A stretch of DNA of 20,164 nt from Candidatus Cloacimonadota bacterium (GTDB lineage Bacteria > UBA4055), in contig PDON01000043.1 in NCBI GenBank assembly GCA_002742935.1, positions 1 through 20,164 of the forward strand, given 5' to 3'. The number at the start of each line of letters is the position of its first letter. The first letter of the stretch is position 1. Below the pieces are notes generated by a model, which worked only from the letters and a program-made list of their open reading frames with translations, was not told where the DNA came from and made no database searches. Both the position numbers and the translations under genes were made by a program. Shown piece by piece: positions 1 to 8,446 of the stretch.

Positions 1-99
1 CAATAAAAAAAATACTATTACTTACAGAAGAGCAAAAATATCTTGCTAAATTATTTGGATTTTAAAATGGGTGTTAAATTTCGGAAGACAGGAAAAAGT
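1..99. repeat. Left terminal inverted repeat (99 bp). It is the exact reverse complement of 20066-20164.
   Basis: I reverse-complemented 20066-20164 by hand and got the same string as 1-99 (caataaaaaaaatactatt...ggaaaaagt), 99/99 identical. Identity stops at position 100 (t versus c). Confidence 0.95.
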
Positions 100-235
100 T
101 TACACTCTTTTGTTTTAGTTTATATTTTCTCTCTCTTTAATTGTTGGATTTATTGATTAAAATTTATTATATTAGCCCTTTACATTGTTGCTGGGTATTT
201 TATCCGATTGATTGGTATCTTTATTAAAACTACTC

Positions 236-265
236 TTGTTGTAAGAGTTATTTCTTTATCATAAT
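236..265 (+). promoter_or_regulatory. Candidate sigma70-type promoter for the ABC operon: TTGTTG, 18-bp spacer, CATAAT.
   Basis: The -35-like hexamer is at 236-241 and the -10-like hexamer at 260-265. An AGGA RBS at 271-274 precedes the GTG at 281. The background is AT-rich, so the motif is weak evidence. Confidence 0.25.
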
Positions 266-280
266 TTTATAGGATTTAAT

Positions 281-1831
281 GTGGATTCTACTTATGTAAA
301 AATGGAAAATATTACTAAAACATTTGGAAGCGTTGTAGCTAATAAAAATGTAAGTTTCAAAGTAAAAAAGGGTGAAATCTATGCTCTTTTAGGTGAAAAT
401 GGAGCAGGTAAGAGTACCCTTATGAATATGCTTTCAGGTATATATAGACCTAATAGTGGTACCATATACATTAAGGGTAAAAAGGTTGATTTTACAAAAC
501 CTTCAGATTCTATTGAATCCGGTATTGGTATGATACATCAACACTTTAAGCTTGTTGATGTTATGACTGCTAAGGAAAATATTATACTGGGTCAAGAGCG
601 TAGTATTTTCATTAATAAAAAAAAGCTTAGTGAAAAAATAAATAAAATATGTGAAAGATTTGGTCTCTACATTGATCCTGATAAAAAAGTTTATGATATG
701 TCTGTAAGTGAAAAGCAGACTGTTGAGATTTTAAAGGTTCTCTATAGAGGTGCAGATATCCTTATTCTTGATGAGCCAACAGCTGTTTTAACTCCTCAAG
801 AGACTGAAAAGCTTTTTGAAATTCTTAGAACTATGAAAAAAGAGGGTTGTGCAATTATTATTATCACCCACAAGCTCAATGAGGTTATGGAGATAAGTGA
901 TTGGGTAACTGTTTTAAGAAAGGGTGAGAGTGTAGGTTCTGTTAAAACTTCCGATAGTACACCTAAAAGTCTAACGGAACTTATGGTTGGGAGATCTGTT
1001 GATTTAAAGATTTCAAAGGGAGCTTTAGGAAGTAGAGATGATATTCTTACTGTTGACTCTTTAACCTATAAAGATGGGGAAGGGGTAAAGAAGCTTGATA
1101 ATGTGAGTTTTAAAATGAGAGCAGGTGAGATTTTAGGTGTTGCAGGGATTGCAGGTTCCGGACAAAAGGAGCTTTGTGAAATTTTAGCAGGATTACTAAA
1201 GGCTGATTCCGGTAGTATTCTTTTTAAAAATGAGAATATTGTAGGTAAAAACTCCAGAGATATTATCTCTTTAGGTATAACAATGAGCTTTATTCCTGAA
1301 GATAGGCTTGGTATGGGTCTTGTAGCCTCAATGGATATGGTTGATAATATTATTTTGAAGGATTATTATAAGCAAAAATCAATCTTTTTGGATAGAAAAC
1401 CTTCGGCTGAAAAAGCTAAGAAGATCATTAAAGATTTAGATGTTCAAACTCCGGGTATCTTTAATCCTGTAAAGGAGATGTCAGGTGGAAATATCCAAAA
1501 AGTTTTACTTGGAAGAGAGCTTGATTTTAATCCTAGTCTAATTATTACCGCATATCCTACAAGAGGCTTGGATATTGGTTCTTCACATCTTATTTATGAT
1601 ATACTAAACGAGCAGAAAAGCAAAGGTGTTCCAGTTTTATACATTGGAGAAGATTTAGATGTTCTTATTCAGCTGTGTGATAAGATTATGGTTTTGGCTG
1701 ATGGTAAAAATGGTGGTGTTGTTAATGCTGAAGAGACCAATAAGGAGGAGCTTGGATTGATGATGACCTCAGGAGCAAATAATCCTAAGGCTAAGGCTCG
1801 TAAAATTTTAGGTAGAACAGGGGGGGAGTAG
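281..1831 (+). CDS. ABC transporter ATP-binding protein with two tandem NBDs (CUT2/BMP sugar-nucleoside type).
   Basis: NBD1 has Walker A GENGAGKST, the CUT2-like signature MSVSEKQ and Walker B ILILDEPT. NBD2 has GIAGSGQKE and the signature MSGGNIQKV. The start is GTG at 281 with AGGA 6 nt upstream; an in-frame ATG at 302 is an alternative start. Confidence 0.9.
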   Translation: MDSTYVKMENITKTFGSVVANKNVSFKVKKGEIYALLGENGAGKSTLMNMLSGIYRPNSGTIYIKGKKVDFTKPSDSIESGIGMIHQHFKLVDVMTAKENIILGQERSIFINKKKLSEKINKICERFGLYIDPDKKVYDMSVSEKQTVEILKVLYRGADILILDEPTAVLTPQETEKLFEILRTMKKEGCAIIIITHKLNEVMEISDWVTVLRKGESVGSVKTSDSTPKSLTELMVGRSVDLKISKGALGSRDDILTVDSLTYKDGEGVKKLDNVSFKMRAGEILGVAGIAGSGQKELCEILAGLLKADSGSILFKNENIVGKNSRDIISLGITMSFIPEDRLGMGLVASMDMVDNIILKDYYKQKSIFLDRKPSAEKAKKIIKDLDVQTPGIFNPVKEMSGGNIQKVLLGRELDFNPSLIITAYPTRGLDIGSSHLIYDILNEQKSKGVPVLYIGEDLDVLIQLCDKIMVLADGKNGGVVNAEETNKEELGLMMTSGANNPKAKARKILGRTGGE

Positions 1832-1832
1832 T

Positions 1833-2879
1833 TTGTTTAAAGTTGAAAAGCGTAACGGGTGCTCAAAAACTCTTAATTTAAAGGTTAGAATTAGTGCTGT
1901 TATTTTAGCTCTTTTAACATCAGCACTTTTTGTTCTTATTATGGATAAAAATCCTATAGATGTTTATGGTTCAATGATAAATGGAGCTTTTGGAACTTCT
2001 TACAGAATTCATGAAACATTTATAAAGTCTATACCTCTTATTATTACCTCTATTGGTATCTCTATAGCTTTTAGAATGAAGTTTTGGAACATTGGTGCTG
2101 AAGGTCAGATTATGATGGGGGCTTTTGCTGCTACATTTATGGCTTTAACTTTTGATAACTTACCATCATATATCCTTCTTCCTCTAATGTTTGTATCAGC
2201 TTCCATTATGGGTGGTCTATGGGGGCTTATTCCCGGATACTTTAAAGCCAGATTTAAAACAAATGAGACAATATTTACTCTAATGATGAACTATGTTGCA
2301 ATAAAATGGATAACTTACTTACAATATGGTCCTTGGAAAGATCCTAAATCGTTGGGTTTTCCTAAAATAAGAAATTTTACTGAAAATGGTGTTCTACCAA
2401 ATTTCCTGGGTATTCATCTGGGGTGGGTAATAGCTCTTTTAATAGTTGTTTTTATTCATTTTTACATAAAAAAAACCAAAAGTGGTTTTGAGATAAATGT
2501 AGTTGGAGAAAGTGAAAACACTGCAAGATACGCAGGAATGAATGTTAAAGCCATAATAATGAGAACAATTTTTTTGAGTGGTGCAATCTGTGGAATAGCG
2601 GGTATGATTCAAGCCAGTGCCGTAAACAAAACATTGAATGTTCAACTTAGTGGCGGTGTTGGTTATACTGCAATTATAACAGCTTGGCTTTCGGGACTTT
2701 CAGCTCCAATTATAATTGTTGTTTCATTTCTTTTTGCTGCAATGGTTCAAGGAGGAACTTTTATTCAGCTTGTATATCAGATACCTCAAAGTGCAGCAGA
2801 GATACTTCAAGGTATGATCCTCTTTTTTGTGCTTGGAAGTGAATTTTTTATAAGATTTAAATTAGTTAAAGTTAAATAG
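1833..2879 (+). CDS. ABC transporter permease (BPD_transp_2-like, multi-TM).
   Basis: The protein is hydrophobic with many TM segments. It lies 1 nt after the ATPase stop. The TTG start is preceded by GGGGGGGAG (1820-1828), which serves as the RBS. Confidence 0.85.
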   Translation: MFKVEKRNGCSKTLNLKVRISAVILALLTSALFVLIMDKNPIDVYGSMINGAFGTSYRIHETFIKSIPLIITSIGISIAFRMKFWNIGAEGQIMMGAFAATFMALTFDNLPSYILLPLMFVSASIMGGLWGLIPGYFKARFKTNETIFTLMMNYVAIKWITYLQYGPWKDPKSLGFPKIRNFTENGVLPNFLGIHLGWVIALLIVVFIHFYIKKTKSGFEINVVGESENTARYAGMNVKAIIMRTIFLSGAICGIAGMIQASAVNKTLNVQLSGGVGYTAIITAWLSGLSAPIIIVVSFLFAAMVQGGTFIQLVYQIPQSAAEILQGMILFFVLGSEFFIRFKLVKVK

Positions 2880-2888
2880 GTTTAAGAT

Positions 2889-3818
2889 ATGTTGACTACA
2901 TTTTTAGCGGCAACTGTGGTAGCAGGAACTCCTCTATTATTCGCAATACTTGGAGAACTTATTACTGAAAAAGCAGGAAAACTTAATCTTGGTGTTGAAG
3001 GTATGATGCTTTTAGGTGCAGTCTCTTCATTTTTGGCTGTTCTTTATACTGAAAGTCCCTATTTTTCACTGTTAGCAGCAATGTTAGCAGGAGCATCGGG
3101 AGCTTTTATTTTTGCATTCCTTACCATATCTCTAAGAGCTAATCAGGTGGTAACGGGTTTAGCTCTAACAATATTTGGAACCGGTGTTTCAAGCTTTCTT
3201 GGTAAAGATTTGATGGGTTTGGTTGTCCCTGATTCCGTTAAGCTGTTTTTTAAAGAGTTTAAAATCCCTTTTTTAGGTGATATTCCCGTTATAGGAGAGG
3301 CTTTTTTTAATCAAGGTATATTTGTATATTTAGGTTATTTATCTGTTATTTTAGTTGGAATTTATCTGTTTAACACAAGGTTCGGTTTATATTTAAGAGC
3401 TATTGGTGAAAATAATTCAGCTTCAGATGCTGCGGGTATTGGTATAACTTTATATAAATATGTTCATGTTTTAATAGGTGGTGCTTTATGCGGTCTTGCA
3501 GGTGCATATCTTTCTCTTGTTTATGTTCCTTCATGGCAAGAAAATGTTACTGCCGGTAGGGGATGGATAGCTGTTGCTTTAGTTATTTTTTCTAAATGGA
3601 GTCCTTACAGGGCTTTATTAGGAGCTTTTATTTTTGGAGGATTGGATATTATAGGCTTTAGGTTACAAAAGTTTGAGATACATATTTCTCAATATTTAAT
3701 AGATATGTTGCCATATTTAGTTACAATTATTATTCTTGTTTTGGCATCTATTAGAAAATCCAAGGAAAGTTCTCCACCTGCAGAGTTGGGAAACTCATAC
3801 TATAGAGAAGATAGATAA
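2889..3818 (+). CDS. ABC transporter permease, second heterodimer partner.
   Basis: It is a hydrophobic multi-TM protein whose ATG at 2889 lies 9 nt after the upstream permease stop. The arrangement matches the usual ATPase-permease-permease operon layout. Confidence 0.85.
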   Translation: MLTTFLAATVVAGTPLLFAILGELITEKAGKLNLGVEGMMLLGAVSSFLAVLYTESPYFSLLAAMLAGASGAFIFAFLTISLRANQVVTGLALTIFGTGVSSFLGKDLMGLVVPDSVKLFFKEFKIPFLGDIPVIGEAFFNQGIFVYLGYLSVILVGIYLFNTRFGLYLRAIGENNSASDAAGIGITLYKYVHVLIGGALCGLAGAYLSLVYVPSWQENVTAGRGWIAVALVIFSKWSPYRALLGAFIFGGLDIIGFRLQKFEIHISQYLIDMLPYLVTIIILVLASIRKSKESSPPAELGNSYYREDR

Positions 3819-3960
3819 TTTTAAATGAATAGATCTCTTTTTATGTTTATAATAGTATAATTTATTTCTGTTATTTTATCTGACTTTTCTTATATTGTAG
3901 AGGGGTGAACTTAGAGAATATTTTTACTCTTGGTGTTGAATAATTTTATATATTTTAACC

Positions 3961-4012
3961 AGCTTTCTTGTTTTATTGTTAGGATTAAGTTGTTCTAGAA
4001 AGCTCTTTTTTT
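3961..4012 (+). terminator. Possible intrinsic terminator or attenuator between the ABC operon and the kinase gene.
   Basis: The stem is agctttct (3961-3968) paired with agaaagct (3997-4004), followed by a T7 run (4006-4012). The 28-nt loop is long for a canonical terminator. Confidence 0.3.
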
Positions 4013-4073
4013 GTTAGATTCTTAATATGTTTAAATTTTAAAATTTGAACCAGTCTTAAAAGGTTAAAACAGT

Positions 4074-6725
4074 ATGAATTTTAGATATAAAGGTATATTA
4101 CCAAGTCAAGCTAAAAAATTGATAGTATATATTTTTTTAATCTTTGCTTTTTTTTCAGTTTTTTTTATAAGTGCAAATCTATATTTTTTTAATATCTCCC
4201 TTGATCTACACATAGAAAGAGTTGCTTCTATTCAATCTCAACTTGATATATCATCAATTATGCAGACTAAGTTTCAATCAACTTTGAATATTTTTTATGA
4301 GTTGAAAGATAGTAAAAATATTGATGAAGCTAATTTAAATAAAGGTAGACTCAATAAATTTATTAATGATTTTAATAAGGTTGCTTCTGTTTTAGAAAAT
4401 GGAGGAGTTTTTGATTACTTAGTTCCTTTAAGTTTTAATAATAAAATTGAATTTAGGGATAGAATAAGGTATAAAAAAAGATTTAGTAAAGAGTTTGATA
4501 TCCAACTTAAAGGTATTAAACCTCTTATTTCTCGAATAGAGCTTTTAATTGAACAGTTTTACCAACTAAAGATAGAGAGTTTAGAAAGCTCTGAAAAATT
4601 ACCTTTTGATTCTTTTTTTAAAAATCTAAATAATACTTTTATAGAGTTGGAAGAGAGTATAAACCATCTCTATTTTGAAGCGAAAGGTAATTTAGATAGC
4701 GAAAATAAAGATTTTTACGATAGTGAAAATTTTATTAAAAACTTCAATATAGTTTCCTTTTTTATTATTCTATTTCTCACCGCTCTTTTTATATTTATAA
4801 GTTTTAGAAAAGTTTTACATATTATATATGAAAAAGAGAGTGTGAAAAGGTTAAATGATAAACTTCTAAAAGCTGTAAACTGGGCTTCTTGTTCAATAAT
4901 TATAACGGATCAAAGTGGAAATATTGAGTATGTTAACCATGCTTTTGAGAAAAATAGCGGATATTTAGCAGAAAATGTATTGGGAAAAAGACCGTCTATT
5001 TTAAAAAGTGGTCATCACAAAAGCAGTTTTTACGAAGATTTATGGGATACAATTTCTAAAGGTAAGATTTGGAACTCCGTAATTTGTAATAAGAGAGCTG
5101 ATTCTACTCTTTTCCGTGAAAAAGTTTCTATTATTCCTATAATTAAAGAGGATAATAGTATAGATGGTTACATTGGTATAAAAGATGATATTACAGATGT
5201 ATTAGATCTTATCTCTAAGTTTGAAGATAGTAAAGCGATGGAGATGATTTTTGATAAGGCACCAATAGGAATAATGCTCATTAGTATGGATAAAAAAATT
5301 ATTAAAATGAACAATGAAGCTGCTTTAATTCTGAAATATGATAGCTTAGAGGAAGCTGAAAGATCTATGTACGGAAAATTATGCTTTGAGAATTTTTGCT
5401 CTGCTACCAAGGATAGTTGTCCTATAATTAATCTAAAAAAGAAGAGTGTTATTCTGGAAGAAAAATTAATGTGGACAAAGGATAGAAGTTTAACACCTGT
5501 ATTAAAAAGCGTCATACCTATTAAATATAATTCTAAAAATATTCTTCTTGAGATGTTTGTAGATATAAAGAGTATTAAAACAGTTGAGATGAAAGAGAGA
5601 AAATTAAGTAAAGCAAAAACTAATCTTCTAAACAACATTATTTATGAAGTTGAAATTTTTATGGATGAAGTTATAGAAAAAGTTGCTGCTTTAGAAAACA
5701 AAAAAGAAAATACTCATAAAAATAATCTACTTACCTCTATTGAAAATTCTAAGTCTAATCTTTTGAATTTTATTAATACTACTGTTGGTTTTTTAGATTT
5801 TGAGATTGAAAAAACGAAGGTTAAGGAGCATTCAATTGAGCTCGATTCTCTCATTTTTTCTATTGTAAAACAGTTTAAAGTTCCTGCTATGAAAAAATCT
5901 TTAGAACTGTTAGTTGATATATCTTACAATATTTTTAATTGTTATATATGTGATTCTATAATAATTGCCAATATCCTTATGAATTTAATTGATAATGCAA
6001 TAAAGTTTACAAAATCAGGTCAGGTTGTTACGAAAGTATCGCTAATTGACAGTAAGGATGATAGTGAAGTTTTAAAGTTTAGTATTGAAGACTCCGGTAT
6101 TGGTATAACTTCTGAGAATAGAGATAAGGTTTTTGAAGAGTTTATACAGTTGGATGAAAATAATAAAGAAAATTCTAAAGGTTCCGGCCTTGGTACAACC
6201 ATAGCTAAAAATTTAACAGAGCTGATAGGTGGAAGTATAGAGCTCCTTTCTCCTAACCCTAATTTGTATATATCTAAAGATCCCGGTTCAGTATTTTCTT
6301 TTAAACTTAAACTAAAAAAGGATAAGGTAAACAAAGAGATAACTAAGAACCCTATCCATTTGGAAAATTTATCTGTACTAATAATAGATGCAAATCAATT
6401 TTCTATTGAGATTCTTTATAATCTTTTGAGTAACCACTATACTGTTAGTGCTGAGATTAACCCTAAAAATATTGATAACTACTTTCATAAAATTAAAGAT
6501 TTGATAATTGTAGATGTTAACTCTTTGGAAAAATCTTTTAGTAAACTACAAGAGTTTAAAAAAATAGTACCGACAATAAAAATTGTACTCATTGGTCTTG
6601 ATTTGACTAATATTACTTCTAGTATGGAAGCAATAATTGATTTAAAATTAAAGAAACCAATAATGAAAAATTATCTGATTGACGGTATTTCAAATCTATT
6701 TCCGGATAAAGTTTTTTTTGAATAA
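4074..6725 (+). CDS. Membrane sensor hybrid histidine-kinase homolog with two TM segments, two PAS-like domains, HisKA-like and HATPase_c domains, and a C-terminal receiver-like domain. The H-box is atypical.
   Basis: TM segments lie at about aa 17-37 and 216-236. The PAS region includes NWASCSIIITDQSGNIEYVNHAF. The HATPase_c N-box is NLIDNAIKFT, G1 is IEDSGIGI and G2 is GSGLGTTIAKNL. The C-terminal REC-like region has VLIIDAN...IIVDVN...KLKKP. The H-box aligns as AKTNLLNNIIYEVEIF, which puts Tyr where the phospho-His is expected. Confidence 0.85.
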   Translation: MNFRYKGILPSQAKKLIVYIFLIFAFFSVFFISANLYFFNISLDLHIERVASIQSQLDISSIMQTKFQSTLNIFYELKDSKNIDEANLNKGRLNKFINDFNKVASVLENGGVFDYLVPLSFNNKIEFRDRIRYKKRFSKEFDIQLKGIKPLISRIELLIEQFYQLKIESLESSEKLPFDSFFKNLNNTFIELEESINHLYFEAKGNLDSENKDFYDSENFIKNFNIVSFFIILFLTALFIFISFRKVLHIIYEKESVKRLNDKLLKAVNWASCSIIITDQSGNIEYVNHAFEKNSGYLAENVLGKRPSILKSGHHKSSFYEDLWDTISKGKIWNSVICNKRADSTLFREKVSIIPIIKEDNSIDGYIGIKDDITDVLDLISKFEDSKAMEMIFDKAPIGIMLISMDKKIIKMNNEAALILKYDSLEEAERSMYGKLCFENFCSATKDSCPIINLKKKSVILEEKLMWTKDRSLTPVLKSVIPIKYNSKNILLEMFVDIKSIKTVEMKERKLSKAKTNLLNNIIYEVEIFMDEVIEKVAALENKKENTHKNNLLTSIENSKSNLLNFINTTVGFLDFEIEKTKVKEHSIELDSLIFSIVKQFKVPAMKKSLELLVDISYNIFNCYICDSIIIANILMNLIDNAIKFTKSGQVVTKVSLIDSKDDSEVLKFSIEDSGIGITSENRDKVFEEFIQLDENNKENSKGSGLGTTIAKNLTELIGGSIELLSPNPNLYISKDPGSVFSFKLKLKKDKVNKEITKNPIHLENLSVLIIDANQFSIEILYNLLSNHYTVSAEINPKNIDNYFHKIKDLIIVDVNSLEKSFSKLQEFKKIVPTIKIVLIGLDLTNITSSMEAIIDLKLKKPIMKNYLIDGISNLFPDKVFFE

Positions 6726-6802
6726 TACTCTTTTGTATATTTTTATTCTTAATTATTTTATGCAGATATACTTTTAAAGCTTTGTAAAAATACGGAGATT
6801 TA

Positions 6803-8278
6803 ATGAAAAACTATAAAGAGGTTGTATACGCTTTAAATGAGATTGGTATTGCTTTAAGTTTTCAAACCGATATAAATAAACTTCTTGTCATTATGGTGGA
6901 TAAGATAATTAATTTTATAAATTGTGATGCTTGTTCAATATTTTTGAGAGAAAGAGATCCTGACAGATTGTTTTTTAGGGTCAGTAAAACTATATCAATG
7001 AATGTTCAATCAATTAAAGATATACCTATACCTTTTTCTGAAGAGTCTATTGCCGGATACTCTGCGGTAAATAAGAAGCTGTTAAATATAGATGATTGTT
7101 ACAATCTAAAGAGTACTCTTCCTTATAAGTTTAATAGAAACTATGACAAAATTTCAGGATATAGGACTAAATCTATGCTTTGTGTACCTATAGTAGATAG
7201 AAATAAAGATCTTTTGGGGGTACTTCAAATAATAAATAAACTTAATGAAATAACAGGCGAGGTTGTATCTTTTGATAAAGAGTGTGAATTAATAGCTGAA
7301 TCTTTAGTTAGTCAAGCATCTATAGCAATTTCAAATTTTAACTTAATTGAAAAGAATAAAAATCTGTATAAAAGTTTAGTTGCATCATTTACTGAAGCTA
7401 TTGAAGCAAGAAGCCCCCATACAGCAGGACATTCAAGTAGAGTTAAACTCCTTTCAGTCCTCATTGCTAAAGCTATAAATAGAGTTAAATATGGAAAATT
7501 TAAAGATTTTAGTTTTAGTGATAGTCAAATTGAAGAGTTAAGTTTTTCGGCTATATTGCATGATGTAGGAAAGATCTCTATTCCTGAAAAAATTTTAGAA
7601 AAAGTAAATAAATTAACAGATGAAGAGATGAGAGCTATTGAGGAGAGATTTGAAGCTATACGACTCTCTATCTTGAAGTATGATGGCAATAATAGTGCAA
7701 AAGCTATTAGAGAAATAGATGAAGATTATAAATTTTTGAAGAGTAAATCTATTTCGGGAAAGCCTTTAACCAATGAGGAGATAGATAGGATTAAATATAT
7801 ATCAAAAAAAGAGTTTTCTCTTTCGAACGGTAAATATAAACTTTTTTTGAACAATGATGAGGTAACAAAACTTCTCATTAAAAACGGATCTTTTACAGTT
7901 GATGAGTATGAGATTATGAAAAAGCATGTGTTATATACACATGAAATTTTAAAAGAGATACCTTTTACAGATGAACTAAAAAATGTTTGTGAGTACGCTT
8001 CCAAACATCATGAGCTTTTAGATGGTAGCGGATATCCAAATAATTTAACAGAAAAAGCTATACCTTTACAATCAAGAATTTTAACAATAGCAGATATATT
8101 TGAAGCTCTTACAGCATTGGACAGACCTTATAAAGAATCTAAGCCAATTGATATCTCTTTAAAGATTTTATATGATCAAGTTTCAAAAGGTAAGTTGGAT
8201 AAAGATGTTTTTGATGTATTTGTTAAAGAAAGGGTTTATGAAGAGTATCTTAATAGTAGAGATATAAAAGAGGATTGA
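6803..8278 (+). CDS. GAF-domain HD-GYP phosphodiesterase (predicted c-di-GMP hydrolase).
   Basis: The HD motif is AILHDVGKI and the GYP motif is HHELLDGSGYP. The N-terminal ~190 aa are GAF-like. A GGAG RBS sits 5 nt before the ATG. Confidence 0.85.
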   Translation: MKNYKEVVYALNEIGIALSFQTDINKLLVIMVDKIINFINCDACSIFLRERDPDRLFFRVSKTISMNVQSIKDIPIPFSEESIAGYSAVNKKLLNIDDCYNLKSTLPYKFNRNYDKISGYRTKSMLCVPIVDRNKDLLGVLQIINKLNEITGEVVSFDKECELIAESLVSQASIAISNFNLIEKNKNLYKSLVASFTEAIEARSPHTAGHSSRVKLLSVLIAKAINRVKYGKFKDFSFSDSQIEELSFSAILHDVGKISIPEKILEKVNKLTDEEMRAIEERFEAIRLSILKYDGNNSAKAIREIDEDYKFLKSKSISGKPLTNEEIDRIKYISKKEFSLSNGKYKLFLNNDEVTKLLIKNGSFTVDEYEIMKKHVLYTHEILKEIPFTDELKNVCEYASKHHELLDGSGYPNNLTEKAIPLQSRILTIADIFEALTALDRPYKESKPIDISLKILYDQVSKGKLDKDVFDVFVKERVYEEYLNSRDIKED

Positions 8279-8318
8279 ACCAATTCTCTCTCAAAACTGT
8301 AAAAAATAATAACAAATG

Positions 8319-8347
8319 TTGATTTTTGTATATTTTTGTTCTATACT
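8319..8347 (+). promoter_or_regulatory. Candidate sigma70 promoter for the lipoprotein-SPFH operon: TTGATT, 17-bp spacer, TATACT.
   Basis: The -35-like hexamer is at 8319-8324 and the -10-like hexamer at 8342-8347, about 100 nt upstream of the lipoprotein start. Confidence 0.35.
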
Positions 8348-8446
8348 TAATATATTAGGTGGTTAAAAATATGCAATTATACTTTTGCTTTTTCTGACAC
8401 AGACTAATTTATAAATTAACTATCTTAATTAAATGTGGAGTTGTAT

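Noticed and set aside
100-280. A riboswitch or leader RNA upstream of the nucleoside/sugar ABC operon.
   Set aside because: The region has no recognisable purine, preQ1 or other conserved riboswitch core motifs. It is just AT-rich promoter-like sequence.
2439-2645. Small antisense or overlapping ORFs from the six-frame track. They lie at 2439-2645(-), 5168-5638(-), 6020-6334(-), 7726-8004(-), 11080-11403(+), 12100-12297(+), 12311-12520(+), 14724-15002(+), 16118-16336(-), 16852-17058(-), 17282-17653(-), 17427-17615(+) and 18867-19094(-).
   Set aside because: All are fully embedded in, and antisense or out of frame to, strong long CDSs. They have low-complexity Ile/Phe/Leu/Lys-rich translations typical of shadow ORFs in AT-rich DNA, and none has an RBS.
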